DNA of 63,814 bases, filler included, from Octopus bimaculoides (lineage: Eukaryota): the NCBI RefSeq assembly GCF_001194135.2. It is 5 parts of 4 records of this genome, joined end to end, with 100 filler letters (N's around TTAATTAATTAA, not from the genome) between each part and the next. Parts side by side here need not be neighbours in the genome. Positions count along the whole stretch, not along the records: positions 26,274 to 51,488 come from NC_068992.1; positions 51,589 to 60,122 come from NC_068983.1; positions 60,223 to 63,814 come from NC_068983.1; 2 more parts are not named here. One strand, 5' to 3'. A program made the position numbers and the translations under genes. Under the pieces are notes generated by a model. That model was not told the DNA's origin. It made no database searches and worked only from the letters and a program-made list of their open reading frames with translations. Positions 49,645-63,814 of the stretch are shown one piece after another (position 1 is the first letter of the stretch; each line of letters opens with the position of its first letter).

Positions 49645-51488
49645 TAAAACCCGATCTTAATAAATTAAATGAAATTATTTACTCTGCTGCTAAGGTAATC
49701 GAAAGACGCTGTTTAACACCCAAAAAACCAACAATACCAAAATCGAAAAGAAAATCAAACTGGAGGAGTAGAATTGAAACTGAGATTGAATCGTTGCGAA
49801 GGGAGATATCAATATTAACTGAGCTAATCTCTGGAAATGATATAAGATCAAGAAAAAGCAGGAAGATCGTGAGAAAATATGAACTCTCAGCAAGAGAAGA
49901 ACTAATGTCAGCGAATGAAACACTGAAACAGAAAGTTCAAGCGAAGGCGCAGAGAATACGCAGATTTGAGAAAAGAATCAGATTCTACAGGCAAAATAAG
50001 ATGTTCAAATCCAATGCCAAATCATTTTACAGNNNNNNNNNNNNNNNNNNNNNNNNNNNNNNNNNNNNNNNNNNNNNNNNNNNNNNNNNNNNNNNNNNNN
50101 NNNNNNNNNNNNNNNNNNNNNNNNNNNNNNNNNNNNNNNNNNNNNNNNNNNNNNNNNNNNNNNNNNNNNNNNNNNNNNNNNNNNNNNNNNNNNNNNNNNN
50201 NNNNNNNNNNNNNNNNNNNNNNNNNNNNNNNNNNNNNNNNNNNNNNNNNNNNNNNNNNNNNNNNNNNNNNNNNNNNNNNNNNNNNNNNNNNNNNNNNNNN
50301 NNNNNNNNNNNNNNNNNNNNNNNNNNNNNNNNNNNNNNNNNNNNNNNNNNNNNNNNNNNNNNNNNNNNNNNNNNNNNNNNNNNNNNNNNNNNNNNNNNNN
50401 NNNNNNNNNNNNNNNNNNNNNNNNNNNNNNNNNNNNNNNNNNNNNNNNNNNNNNNNNNNNNNNNNNNNNNNNNNNNNNNNNNNNNNNNNNNNNNNNNNNN
50501 NNNNNNNNNNNNNNNNNNNNNNNNNNNNNNNNNNNNNNNNNNNNNNNNNNNNNNNNNNNNNNNNNNNNNNNNNNNNNNNNNNNNNNNNNNNNNNNNNNNN
50601 NNNNNNNNNNNNNNNNNNNNNNNNNNNNNNNNNNNNNNNNNNNNNNNNNNNNNNNNNNNNNNNNNNNNNNNNNNNNNNNNNNNNNNNNNNNNNNNNNNNN
50701 NNNNNNNNNNNNNNNNNNNNNNNNNNNNNNNNNNNNNNNNNNNNNNNNNNNNNNNNNNNNNNNNNNNNGCCAAAGCCACTTTTAAGAAAGGGAAACTGAT
50801 AAAGTCAAGTTCAATAGAATTAGATGTCGAAACAGTAATAAAAGAACTTGAGCAGGAACAAACCTATAATTACCTAGGAATAAATGAAGGCTCGGGTATC
50901 CAGCATGCAAGCATGAACGAGAAGGTTAGGAGGGAATGTTATAGAAGAGTTTGAGCAGTTCTGAAGTCTGAGCTGAATGCATATAATAAGGTGTTAGCCA
51001 TAAATTCCTTAGCAGTCCCAGTTGTTCTTTATAGCTTCAATGTGCTTAACTGGAATACCAGTGAAATAGTCACAATTGATAGAAAAATCCGCAAGCTACT
51101 GACTTGTAATAAGATGCACCATCCAAAGGCAGAAGTTGATCGTCTTTACCTTCCCAGAGGTCAGGGAGGTCGAGGCTTGATCCAGCTTAAAATTACGTAC
51201 AAAACCACCACAATCGGACTGGCCAAATACCTTCAAACAACCAACGATTGGATGCTGAAACTTGTTGAAAAACATGAAAGACCGAAAAAACGTCACTCTA
51301 TTCTGAAAGAGAGCAAACATTCGCTACCGAACTGTTAGATACCCACCAGCTTGATCAGGTTGAAGGAAATGCGCCAACTGCAGCTGCAAAGAAAATAAAA
51401 TTAATTGCAAAGACAAAAGCACATGAAAAATTAGCTAGCTGATGGGAACAGAAACCTCTGCATGGCAAGTATGTGGCTCGTAGCAAAC
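49645..51488 (+). mobile_element. R4/Dong family A fragment (pre-RT region and RT C-terminus), N gap inside
   Basis: KAQRIRRFEKRIRFYRQNKMFKSNAKSFY. 50770-51488 is highly similar to 40745-41466. Confidence 0.9.
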
Positions 51489-51805
51489 NNNNNNNNNNNN
51501 NNNNNNNNNNNNNNNNNNNNNNNNNNNNNNNNTTAATTAATTAANNNNNNNNNNNNNNNNNNNNNNNNNNNNNNNNNNNNNNNNNNNNTGTTGTTTTAAT
51601 CGTCCTTGTGGTGTGTGTGTGTGTGAGAGAGCAACCGTATGTATGTGTGAGGGTGTGTACATATGTGTGCGTCTGTGTGTGTATGTATGTGTGCATCTGT
51701 GTGTGTGCGTGGGAGTGTTTTTTGTGAGTGTGGGAGTGTGTGTGTACGTGAGTGTGTGTGTGTGTCTCTCTGTCTGAGTGAGTGTGTTGTTTTAAATACC
51801 CTTGT

Positions 51806-51838
<33 letters not shown>

Positions 51839-52384
51839 GCAACCGTATGTGTGTCTGATGGTTCATATGTATGTGTATGTCTGTATGTGTACGTATGTCT
51901 ATTTGTGTTATATATATATGTATGTATATATACACACATTTATGTTCAATTAAATTGTCAGATTCAGATACCTGAGTGGATGAATTTTCTCTGTAGAGCC
52001 CAGTTTAGGTTTATGTAAAGGAACTGCATCTGTGCGTTTATTCCAAATTTTTTAGCACTATCTATTATGCATCTTCGAAAAAACTACAACGTACTTGCGA
52101 AGTGAATATTTAAATTGCGGGTATCCAGCTTAGTGGTAGCGGAATGGTTCAATCGTTACTTTACTTGCATTACAATATCTGTTTATTCGTTACTTGAGTT
52201 GTATTACAGTTCTCTTTCTGGTAATACATGAAAGATGTCTGTATCATTCATGTCTTCATAGTTTCGTTGTAAAACAATCTTTCAGAATGTTTGGTGAAGA
52301 TAGAGACTTGAATAAATATGATTTCTAATCTATTATTTGAACAGATTGGGACATATTATTTTATTTTCACATTACAAATGTTAC

Positions 52385-52551
52385 CAGATAGGCGTAGGTG
52401 TAGCTGTGGTGTTGGAATGTTGCTACCCAAACCACATGTAACCGGGTTTATGTTCAACTACGTTGTAAATTGGGTATCTTCTACTACAGGTCCAGGCCGA
52501 CCAATAACATCTGAGGGGATTTTGTGGGCCAAGACTGAAAGAAGCCTTTAC

Positions 52552-52616
<65 letters not shown>

Positions 52617-52690
52617 GGGGGGGCCTTCATCACACCTTGTTAATAAATGCTTTGTTTGTTTACGTCCCCGGTTTGGAATAAAGAAATGAT
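52385..52690 (+). mobile_element. SINE with internal (TA)n
   Basis: Diverged head, GAAAGAAGCC, (TA)n, then a GGTGTTTACGTCCCCG-like 3' part. Confidence 0.65.
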
Positions 52691-53256
52691 AGAATAAATG
52701 CCAACTTTTACAAAATGTCGTATGATCAATTATTTCTACTAAATATGTTCAGGTGTTTAATCATAGCCGCAGGCCAATGATGGAGGCAAGTAAAATATAA
52801 ATGGTAAAATGTAGAAAGGTAACAACTAGTTGTAGACGCTTTGAAATATATTACGACTGTAATAAATTATTTAGATTACTGCTAAAAACGATGCATTTCT
52901 TATAAGCATTATTACCTTCAGGGTACGTAGATAAATAACACTTTCAGCTAGGTAATTAGTATTGAAAAGAAAATCAATAAAATTATTGTAGTGTAATAAT
53001 TAGTAGTCATCTAGGTGTTTGGTAAGACCACTTAAGAGAGATCTGTTGTCCCAAGATATCGAAAAAATATTTAGGACAGAGGAATAAGAGGTCTTAAAGT
53101 GATTGTCGTAAAGTTTGTTTTACAATCTTTATACTCAACCAATTAAATTCTACTTTCGAACTGTGTTTTGTTCGTTTTTTTCCTTTACGATTATTGAAAG
53201 AAATGAACATATTTTTAATATTTGTGCGAATACATGCATACGTACAGATACACACA

Positions 53257-53293
<37 letters not shown>

Positions 53294-53385
53294 GAGCGCA
53301 GACACCCCACATACATACATGAGAGTGCGACAGAGTGTGAGAGAAAGAAAAAGAAAAAAGAAACATGTTTATACANNNNNNNNNN

Positions 53386-53454
<69 letters not shown>

Positions 53455-53499
53455 TGTATGTATATATGTATGTATGTATGTAAGTATATATTTGTGTCT

Positions 53500-53690
53500 G
53501 TGTCTGTCCCCCATAACATCGCTTGACAACAGATACTAATGTGTTTACTTCCCCGTAACATAGGGGTTCGGCAAATACGCCGATAGAATGAGTACTAGGC
53601 TTACAAAGAATAAGTCCTAGGGTCGATTTGCTCGACTAAAGCTGTGCTCCAGCATGGCCGCAGTCAAAGGACTAAAACAAATAAAAGAAT
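53500..53690 (+). mobile_element. SINE 3' half
   Basis: TCGCTTGACAAC...GCTCCAGCATGGCCGCAGTCAAA. Confidence 0.8.
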
Positions 53691-54456
53691 ATTTATATGT
53701 ATATATATATATGTACTAATTTTATCTTCATTATTATTTTAAACTTAAACTTCGTTCAAATTGTATTTAAAACAATGATAATTTAAAACAATGATAATTT
53801 ATGTAAGATGTTTTTTATATATAATATACATGTTATTATAATGGATGAAGGGATGATTATTGAATGGTTATTAGTTTGATATTATGATATTTTTGATAAT
53901 TTTTCTATCTTTATATAATAGGTATTTCATATTAATTCATTTGGTACTTATTGTTGGTTGAGATATATATATCTAATTATTGTTCTACTTACGATCTGAC
54001 GAGTAGCTATATTTTTGAATAGAATTTATTTTCGATAATTTNNNNNNNNNNNNNNNNNNNNNNNNNNNNNNNNNNNNNNNNNNNNNNNNNNNNNNNNNNN
54101 NNNNNNNNNNNNNNNNNNNNNNNNNNNNNNNNNNNNNNNNNNNNNNNNNNNNNNNNNNNAATCTTTTTATTATATTTATCTTATGATATTTACTTTACTT
54201 TATATTATACTCATTTATTGTGCTTTTAATTATTAATTTTTCTATATGTGATAGTGGATTTTCATCGATGAGTTCTTGAAACTTGGTTATTTTCCCTAAA
54301 ACTATATATTTTATATATATTTTATCTATAAAGCTCAATTTAATTTTATTTTTTTATAAATTGATTTTAATTGAGTTTTTACCTGTAATTTTGGATTTTG
54401 TCCCTAATATTATTATTATATATATATATATACATGTATCATGTGTGTGTGCGTGT

Positions 54457-54492
<36 letters not shown>

Positions 54493-54509
54493 AATCTTAT
54501 ATCGATCTC

Positions 54510-56100
54510 AAATTTTGGCACAAGGTAAGTAGGTTACATCGACCCTAGTGCTCAACCCGTATTTATTTTATTGATCCCAATAGGCAAGTTCGACCACGGT
54601 GGAGTTTGAAGTCAGAACGTTAAGACGAACGGCATACAGTTAACCATATTGTTTGGCATGCTAACGATACTTTTATACTCTAGGCAAAAGGCCCGAAACT
54701 TTTGGGTAGGGGTACCAGTACGCAACTGGTATTAATAACGATAATCCGTCCTACTATAGGCACAAGGCCTGACATTGGCGGAGGAGAATATTCAATTACA
54801 TTGACGCCGGTACTCGACTAGTACTTCATTCATCGATCCTGAATGGATGAAAGGTGGACTCGACCGCGGCAGAATTTGAACTCAGAACGTAGTGGCAGAC
54901 GAAATACCACTGAGCATTTCACCCGACGTGCTAACGATTCTCCCAGCTCGCTGATTTAGAGTGAGTTAATATTGAAATTATTCTTTGCAAATATGATCGT
55001 AACAGAATTTTTGATGTAATGTTTTGAGATCTTTTGTTTACTTTCTGCTTTGCATATCTAGATTTCACAACAATACAACTTTAACTGCAAATAATTTTTC
55101 CTCATATCTCCTTGTGTGCTGTCTCGCCGATGACCGGATCATCCTGCACATATTTCACATAACTCCGAAGATATATTTCATATACAAACAAATTTATGGC
55201 AATACACATGCAATGATTGTTCTGTTGACGTGTTGTCTTAGTTATGAATATATCATCACAAAGACACACATACATACATATTTATATATTCTTTTCTATT
55301 CTACACAAAATGCCCGATATTTTTAAGGAGGGGGCAGTAAATTAGATCCACCCAAGTGTGCTACTGGTACTTAATTTATCGGCCCCAAAAGGATGAAAGT
55401 CGACCTCGGCGGAATTTGAAGTCAGAACGTAAAGACAGACGAAATGCCGCTAAGTATTTCGCCCGGCGCGCTAACATTTCCGCCAGCACGTCGCCTGACA
55501 CATATTTATATATTCTTTTATCTTTTACATATTTCAGACGTTAGAATGAGGCCATGCAGGGGGACCAACATGAAAAACTTTTAGTTAAACGAATCAGAGC
55601 CAGTGTTTTTACTTAAACGTGGTGCTTATTCAACTAGTTATCTTGCCCGTAACAGCTAAGTTACGGGAACGTAACGAAACTAATACTGGTTGTAGCGGNN
55701 NNNNNNNNNNNNNNNNNNNNNNNNNNNNNNNNNNNNNNNNNNNNNNNNNNNNNNNNNNNNNNNNNNNNNNNNNNNNNNNNNNNNNNNNNNNNNNNNNNNN
55801 NNNNNNNNNNNNNNNNNNNNNNNNNNNNNNNNNNNNNNNNNNNNNNNNNNNNNNNNNNNNNNNNGGGGTCAAACATAGGCACATAGACACACACACATAG
55901 ACGTGCATAGACGTATAAATGAATGCCGGTGTATATGCAAATCTATATATACGACAGGCTTCAAGGTGTCTCCGACTACCAAATCCACTCCCAAGTCTTT
56001 GGTCAAAGCGATAGTAGAAGACGCGTGCACAAGTTCCACACAATGGGATTGAACCCGATACCATGTCGTTTGGAATCAAGCATCTAATCTCACAGCGACG
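54510..56100 (-). mobile_element. Run of five SINE copies or pieces (about 54510-54670, 54690-54952, 55330-55495, 55545-55700, 55960-56100)
   Basis: Repeated GACCTCGGCGGAATTTGAA(C/G)TCAGAACG and CCTTGGGCAAG-family motifs. Confidence 0.8.
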
Positions 56101-56405
56101 TCTGCACATGCACACACATATATGCAAATATGATGATGTGCCTCCGGAAAATTCTAAGTTACTTTCTACATTCGAAGATTTCAGTGTCGAATAGAACAGT
56201 GTATGAATAATACAAAATCAAATGTTGAGGTCACAAATGATAATCGTCGCAATATCTGATATATTTCTAAATCTTGTTATTGTACCAATGCCTTTTCTCA
56301 CAAATGCATTAACACAGTGTTATGGAATAGCTTATCCATAATAGCAATTTCCAAGGAATTATGTATATACCCACATGCTTATAAATAGCCACTTACACGC
56401 ACATA

Positions 56406-56466
<61 letters not shown>

Positions 56467-57884
56467 TCCTGATTTCTAGATGTTTCTTGCATCAGGGAAA
56501 TGTTTTGAAAACACGTAATGCATGTTATGAAAAGTAATACGAGCCAGAAAATTAACTTTGCCAATATCCTCCTCCTTATTTCCAGCTTTTTGTTTCCCAT
56601 AGTCATTATCTTCTTCGTTTTCATCAACACCGTTGTCGCTATCATTACATTCAGAATCATTGGGAAGGAAATTAAATGCTACCGGCAACGTAAACAAACA
56701 ACGGAAAATTACAGTTTCAGTAAGTTGTGTGGTGCATTCTAGCTATAGACGGAACTTCTAGCTTCAATGACTTTTTCTACAACCTGCTTTGTTTGTTATG
56801 ATTTAATCAACTGATGTTGACTTTTAATTAACCATATATTTATCATTGTTTTCATAAGAGTTGCAGTTTAGCACACGTATTATCATATGTAGAAGTTGAG
56901 AAAAGCAATACGAGAATATTTTTTTAAGAAATAAGATATTGATAAGGAAATACATGCGATACATTTGCAGATAGAGATTCAACTGCTTTCTAATATTCAC
57001 TTTCATATTATATATATCATGGTATTTCATGCATCCTGAATATCTTGACATTTACTCCCATATCGCAGGCTAAGTACAAGCAGATGCAGTTTTATATATA
57101 CATGCATACTTATATGTGCAGCAAGATGAATATCGTTTTACAATCTTAATATGTCTAATATAAATTTAGACTTAGAAGATAATATTTCAAGTTACAATCA
57201 TTCCAAATTTTAAGTTTCATGTACTTATACTTAATATTTAATCACCGAACATTTATCGTAATTCAGTTTTGAAGAAATGTAGAAACTCTTCTGTTTATGC
57301 TGTCGTAACATTAATGATACCGTTTTCAAAATCCGAAGCTAATGTTTCATAAAACTGGATTTCTCATCAAATACACTTGACACACATACGTTTGATTCGA
57401 TTTTGATATAGTATAAGTTTATCATTACACTAAACAATTATATTCAAAACAGATAAATCTGATGCATTTCAAAACACGCAACATCTCTAAAATATCCAAC
57501 TATACACAGTGGCAACTTAAAAATAAATAAGAAACTGTTTAGTAAGCCATACATTATGTGGACTTAATCAATTCAAGCTACCTTGATCAGAATGACATTG
57601 CCGCAAGTAATGTCGCAATTTTCTACTCTTTCAATGGAATGTACATGTCCAAAGAAGAGTATTATCAACTTAAAAACCTTGCAAATGCAGTTATTGTTCT
57701 GTTTATGCCTTTATAGTGACGGTTGTAAAGCAATTGATTGATAGATGTACGTGTTCTCAAACTTTGCTTCCGGTATAACTGTGACACTGAAAGTTATGGG
57801 TAAGATGCAGAATAAAAGGGATCTATAATAATGATCGTCACTCACGGAGAGTTTCACGTAAGATGTCTGAAGAAGAGAATAAAG

Positions 57885-57923
<39 letters not shown>

Positions 57924-57926
57924 GAC

Positions 57927-57959
<33 letters not shown>

Positions 57960-58172
57960 GACAGAGAGAGAGAGACAGAGACACAGAGAGAGTGAGAGAG
58001 AGAGAAATAACTTTAAAAATTAAATCAGTTACGTCTATTTGCGATGGATGTGTGAATGCAATTCGAGTCCAGGGATAGATATTGCTATGAACACAACTGA
58101 GACACTGATGATTAGATGTTTTGCCTCGCATTGAGCAAATGTGTCTGTACACTGCATGATATAATTCTTCTG

Positions 58173-59327
58173 TTAGGTCATTAAAAATGAAATATTCGAT
58201 TTTGAACTAAAAGATAATTTTCAACAAAAAGCGGAGAATTCAGGAGGGCCAGAGGTGAAATCACGAACGGCTGTTTTTTGCATCTTCTTCGGATTTGAAG
58301 TCTTTCCCGTGCAAAAAGTTGTCTAATCCTTTTAAAACGCAAGGTCCGGTGAATATGGTGGGTGCCAGAGTACTTCCAAGCTCAGTTCCTGTAACCTGAG
58401 TAGCGTTCTTTATGCAACATATGGTTGGGCATTGACTTGCAAGGGAATTGGCCTGTCTTTATTGATCTATCTCAGTTGTTTAGCTGCAAGTTTACTTATC
58501 ATTTCATTGAATTGGTTGATATATACATCCACTGTAATTTACTTACCAGGTCTTATGAATCAGTAGAACATGACACCAGCGGTAGATTACCAAATAGACA
58601 CCTTTAGTTCATTTTGGTGAATATTCTTTTTCGATTGTGTTTTGGGCACGTCATTTCTATCCAGCCGCCGTGTAGAACGCTTGCTATTGTTGAAAAGAAT
58701 CAATTTTTCATCAAACGTAACAATACGATGCAAATATGGTTCGCTGTTATGCCATGACAGCAAAGAACAGCAAGTTTCAATACGACGTGTCATTTAATGC
58801 TCGTTCAGTTCGTGTGGTACCCATTTGTCCAGCTTCTTTAACCTACCGGTTTGTTTCAGATGGTCCAATACAGTTGGAATCGAAACATCAATCCTTGTTG
58901 CTAACTCTCGCATGGTTTGAGATGTATACGCTTCCACTACAATTTCCAGCTCATCATAATCCACCTTGGTCTCAGGTCTACCACAGGGCTGATTTTTAAA
59001 AGTAGAGTCACCAGACCGGATCTTCTCAAACTATCATTCGCCAAACACCTGTCTGATGATTTGAGTTGTCTGGGATGCACTGGTTCCACGACAGGACACA
59101 TATTCAAAACAACACAAATTTTCGATCTAACCATGGGTTCACAAAAATTGGTTTACAAGAGAAAACTCACAATATAATCAGACACCATGACTTGCATTGT
59201 GAAAAGTGATGATATAACTTTTCAATGTTGTAAAATAAAGAATTTTTAGAATAAAACATTAGAGTCAACGACTGTAAAACTTGGTTCATCATACAGATAA
59301 TCGGACATTTCACTTTTAATGACCTGA
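58173..59327 (-). mobile_element. Mariner transposon fossil with both TIRs
   Basis: TIRs at 58173-58199 and 59301-59327 (23 of 27 bases match by eye), TA at 59328. Motifs LHRIVTFDEKLILFNN and HPPYSPDLA. Confidence 0.88.
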
Positions 59328-59543
59328 TATTATTCTGTTTCATCAAATGAAATTCTTTTGAAGCATCATGACACATTTTACACCATGCAGATCGATCTAG
59401 GCAATGACTTACCCAATATGTCAAATTAAGCTGTAAAGACATTAGTGATTGCTTCAATTTATCCTTCTACGCAAGGACGGGTCTTACTTAGATATAATAA
59501 AAATAATAATAGAGATAATGATAATAATAATAACAACAATAAT

Positions 59544-60122
<579 letters not shown>

Positions 60123-60431
60123 NNNNNNNNNNNNNNNNNNNNNNNNNNNNNNNNNNNNNNNNNNNNTTAATTAATTAANNNNNNNNNNNNNNNNNNNNNN
60201 NNNNNNNNNNNNNNNNNNNNNNAATCATATACACACATGTATATTTACACACACACATACATCTAAATATAGACATATATTTTTTTATAAAAAATACATC
60301 TACACAAATACGCTCCCATACTTATTCACATGTACACTCATATATGAATATGTAAAGAAACCTATGTATAAATAAATACATCTGTGCACAAAAATGTACA
60401 TACATCCCAAAAATCATACGTAAATGCATAT

Positions 60432-60464
<33 letters not shown>

Positions 60465-60465
<1 letters not shown>

Positions 60466-60620
60466 GACGGGCTTTCAGTTTCCATCTACCAAATCCACTC
60501 ACAAGGCTTTGGTCGGCCCGTGGCTATAGTAGAAGACATTTGCCCAAGGTGCCGTGCAGCGGGACTGAACCCGGAGCCATGTAGTTGGTAAGCAAGCTTC
60601 TTTCCACACAGCTACACTAC
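60465..60620 (-). mobile_element. SINE head (CCTTGGGCAA family)
   Basis: TTTGCCCAAGGTGCCGTGCAGCGGGACTGAACCC. Confidence 0.85.
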
Positions 60621-60621
60621 G

Positions 60622-60940
60622 CCTTTTTGCAATTTGGTGGTTGTCTTCGGCTGTTGATGGTCTGTGATTCTTTAATTATTTTTCGGAGATTCGAATGATT
60701 GATGTAGAATTGGAAGGTTTGTTGTGCTTTCTAGGACTATGGGTGACTACAAATGGAATATTCATATTTCTGTCTTTGTTTTCACCCTCCACGTAAGTGT
60801 TTCTCCGTAAGGCAAAGATTAGAGTTTCTTTTGCTTTGTTTATGGCATGATATATTATGGTTTTTATTTTTGGTATTTTTGTTTCTAAAGGAATATGTTT
60901 AGTTCTACCAGCCATGTCTCTCATCTATTTGTGCCTGTAA
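60622..60940 (-). mobile_element. Penelope-like RT-to-endonuclease linker fragment
   Basis: NIPFVVTHSP and SRRQPPN-like motifs. Confidence 0.6.
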
Positions 60941-60959
60941 CTATTGAGCAACACGTCTT

Positions 60960-61120
60960 GCAGGATCGTTAGCATGCTAAGCAAAATTCTTAGCGGCATA
61001 TCGTCCATCTTTACGTTCTGAGCTCAAATTCCGCCAAGATCGACTTTGTCTTTCGTCCTTTCGAGGTCGATAAAATAAGTACCAGCTGAACACTGGGGTC
61101 AATGTAATTGACTTACCGCC
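60960..61120 (+). mobile_element. SINE (CAGAATCGTTAGC family)
   Basis: TTACGTTCTGAGCTCAAATTCCGCCAAGATCGACTTTG...GGTCGATAAAATAAGTACCAG. Confidence 0.85.
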
Positions 61121-61129
61121 CCGCTCCCC

Positions 61130-62350
61130 CGAACATTTTTGGGACTTGATTCAAAGAACTTAATTGTTAAATGGGATTTGTTGTGGATGTTCTTAAAAAC
61201 CAGGGCTTCCTATAAATCCGTTAGTTCCATTTCTGCAGTAGTTGATTTTGTAACCAGAGGTTCGAGAATTGGTCAGCCACCACTGGCACCATCTATCACA
61301 TCAACCAACAATGAATGAATTTACATGAAAGCAGTTCTTGTAATTTATCTTTGCATTCTTCAAACTTGTGTTTTTTTCTCTTTTAATTCAATATCAGGGA
61401 ATGAATGCATTTACTCTCCACCTGAGATCAGGAAAATGATTACCATTTTTTTGATAATATTTCTTTGAAAAAACTCATTTTATTCTGAAAGCTGAAAATT
61501 ATTTAAAGCCAGAAATACAATCTGATCGTTTCCCTGGAGTGCCAAGTTGAGAATTCGTGGATGATTTATTTCATCAGTTAAGAATATCAGCTTTTGCATC
61601 CATTCATCATTTTCCAACTGAGGAATATTTTCTTTAAGAAAAGTAATAATAGATTCCAAAAGATCCACAACCACATTCAAGACCCTGCTGGTTGACAGCC
61701 ACCTTACAATGTCTTAGGTACTTCTCTGGGTTTATCTTCACGCTCCGGTTCATCCACAGAATTTCTGAAACGTCGATGGATCTTCTCAATTAAGCGGATA
61801 AAGTTGAAAATTTGAAGAACTGCTTTCGTAACTAATTCATACTTGAAGTATCTGGCGGTCAGGTATTCATGATAAATAATGCAATGAATTGGTTGAAATT
61901 CTAGGAAACTGGGATCGCTTTTCATAAGTTTATTAAACCTGCTTTCTCCTCCCCACCTCATAATTATAAGTGTTCTATTTGTTGCAACACTTGATGAATT
62001 TAATCAGTGAAACACCGACGTTTCTTAAGGCTCTGTTCGCTGCATATTTAATGTTAACATCGCGAGTTAGAAGTTATATTTAAGGAGATGGAATGGACAA
62101 ATGTCAGTTCTGCGTTGTCTTAAATGTCCGTAAACTTTTCAAAAGCAAATCTGAACGAAAGGGAATTCTTTAAATTATTTTACAATTTGTCTGCAATATC
62201 AACCCTAATGTAGAAGACATGTGTTTCTGTAGCATTTCCAAGACTGTTACTTGTGCTATTAGTCGTTGAAGTCTTGTGTTTTGTAGATATAACGCAGCAG
62301 CAATTTCAGCCACATTCTTCTTACTAATTTCTCCATCAAAATAGTGACAC
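61130..62350 (-). mobile_element. hAT transposase fossil (Buster/SPIN, GTF2IRD2-like)
   Basis: Frameshifted FAFEKFTDI.DNAEL, SVATN, PIHCIIYHE and WMQKLIFLTD...LNLALQG. A possible CAGGGGTTT end lies at 62617-62625. Confidence 0.8.
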
Positions 62351-63753
62351 GAACAATATTTCCAATCATAGTTGAAAAAAAAAAAAAAAATCTGGCTTCA
62401 GTTTTTTCTGACGGTTTTCTTACTAAACATTGTCAGAGGTGTTTACAGGCTGTTTAGATATAATTTTTACACACTTTACTTGTTTTACCTTTATTCTAAC
62501 TCAGGTGTAAAATCAATCATACAAAAAGTATTTGCAATTTGCTTCATAGTAGCGTTTTAAGTTATCTTTATGCTTATTACTTTTGTAATGTAGATGTTAT
62601 GTTAGCGAATAAATTAAAACCCCTGAGGCAACTGTAACACACAAAAAACCTTTTGATTAAATAATATTTTTCCAATGAGAGATGGCGTGTGTGTGGTCGA
62701 GCTTAGATTAATTATGCTACTTCTGGACGATTCCCATGGTGTACTAAAATCTTTAAATCCCACCAACTCTTGTTTTCACTTCTTCAACACTTCTCTGTAT
62801 CTTTTGTTGACTTGAAATTTCTCTCAGCCCTCTGCTTCCGATCCTTCTATTCCTCACTCCTGAAGAACAAAGCCTCACTGAGATCTAGTAACAAAATTAG
62901 TATTAAAATACTACACGTAGATCAAACAATCTGACAGTAAAATACTGATGTTTATAATATTTATAATGCTTACACAAACATGTAACGCTATTAGCTGTAA
63001 TATTTTGTATCAGCGAAACTTTTCCATTGTCATGAAAACAAAAGGCGTCGCTCAGAACGCCAGTGGCAAATACACCCAGCGTTCTTAGCTAAGCTGAAAA
63101 TGCTTGTTCTAATATAGAAATCGGAGAACAAAGCGTTTACTTATTTATGCAAAAAGTAGTCAGGCTAGAGTTTGAATTAATAAAAGCGTTTGATACAGTC
63201 TTTAAATTCTTAAATATTTTCTTACAAACCACGAAAACGAAATTTACCTCGAAACTCAGTGGGATCTTGTTTCATACTCAGTAAATAATTATAAAGCTGG
63301 AGAATTTTTCCAGCTTTATCACATACTTTCGCAAGTTCATATTAATGTTTTGCGACCCGCAAAACGCGTTTTGGTCAACGCTAACATACAAACCCCTTTC
63401 TTCGTTTATGTGTATATATGCATGTAAGTATGTATGCATGCATGCATGTATGCCTGTACGTACGTATGTCTCTTCTATTTTTTTAATTATTCGAAATCTT
63501 CCACTGGGGCGGGAGCCGGTTTCCAACAAAGATACAAGGCTCCATCTTTGGGATGTAGTTAACACAGACAAATTTACATTTGAAACTTGAGAAAAGTCTT
63601 GCATATTTTTACTGTTACACTCACAGATTGCACTTGTAATGTGCAAATTAGCCGGTCGATTTCTCTTTCTGAAAATCCCAGTTTATCCAGATTCTCCTTT
63701 AAGCATTCAGAACCTAGTGCTCCATTTAATACATATGTATATATATATATGTA

Positions 63754-63754
<1 letters not shown>

Positions 63755-63814
<60 letters not shown>
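63755..63814. repeat. (CTAT)n microsatellite
   Basis: Directly visible and runs off the window end. Confidence 0.95.

Noticed and set aside
41440-51488. Two Dong copies ending at nearly the same base (GTGGCTCGTAGCAAAC) next to gaps
   Set aside because: Shared break position at N gaps reflects repeat-induced assembly failure, not a biological terminus.

Overview
AT-rich eukaryotic, repeat-dominated DNA with many N gaps. No complete protein-coding gene, rRNA, true tRNA or CRISPR array is supportable. The tRNA-headed SINE families and the very high microsatellite density look like an octopus/coleoid cephalopod genome (inference, not searched). Recognisable content: two TIR-bounded mariner fossils, a Tc1/mariner DD37D-like fragment, a hAT (Buster/SPIN-like) fossil, two RTE LINE copies, Gypsy gag-protease and candidate LTRs, several Penelope-like element (PLE) fragments (two with RT and GIY-YIG parts in opposite orientation), R4/Dong-type RLE retroposons stacked in (TAA)n arrays, and about 20 SINE pieces. 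The most notable signal is a set of type I hammerhead ribozyme (HHR) motifs inside foldback DNA. At 109-637 both arms carry a complete HHR core, one per strand. At 27500-27772 a palindrome carries one intact and one mutated HHR. At 36903-37186 a MITE-like element encloses an HHR. Two more decayed HHRs lie at about 30.4 kb and 44.9 kb. All alignments, counts and folds were done by eye, and boundaries are approximate unless a TIR or TSD is cited.
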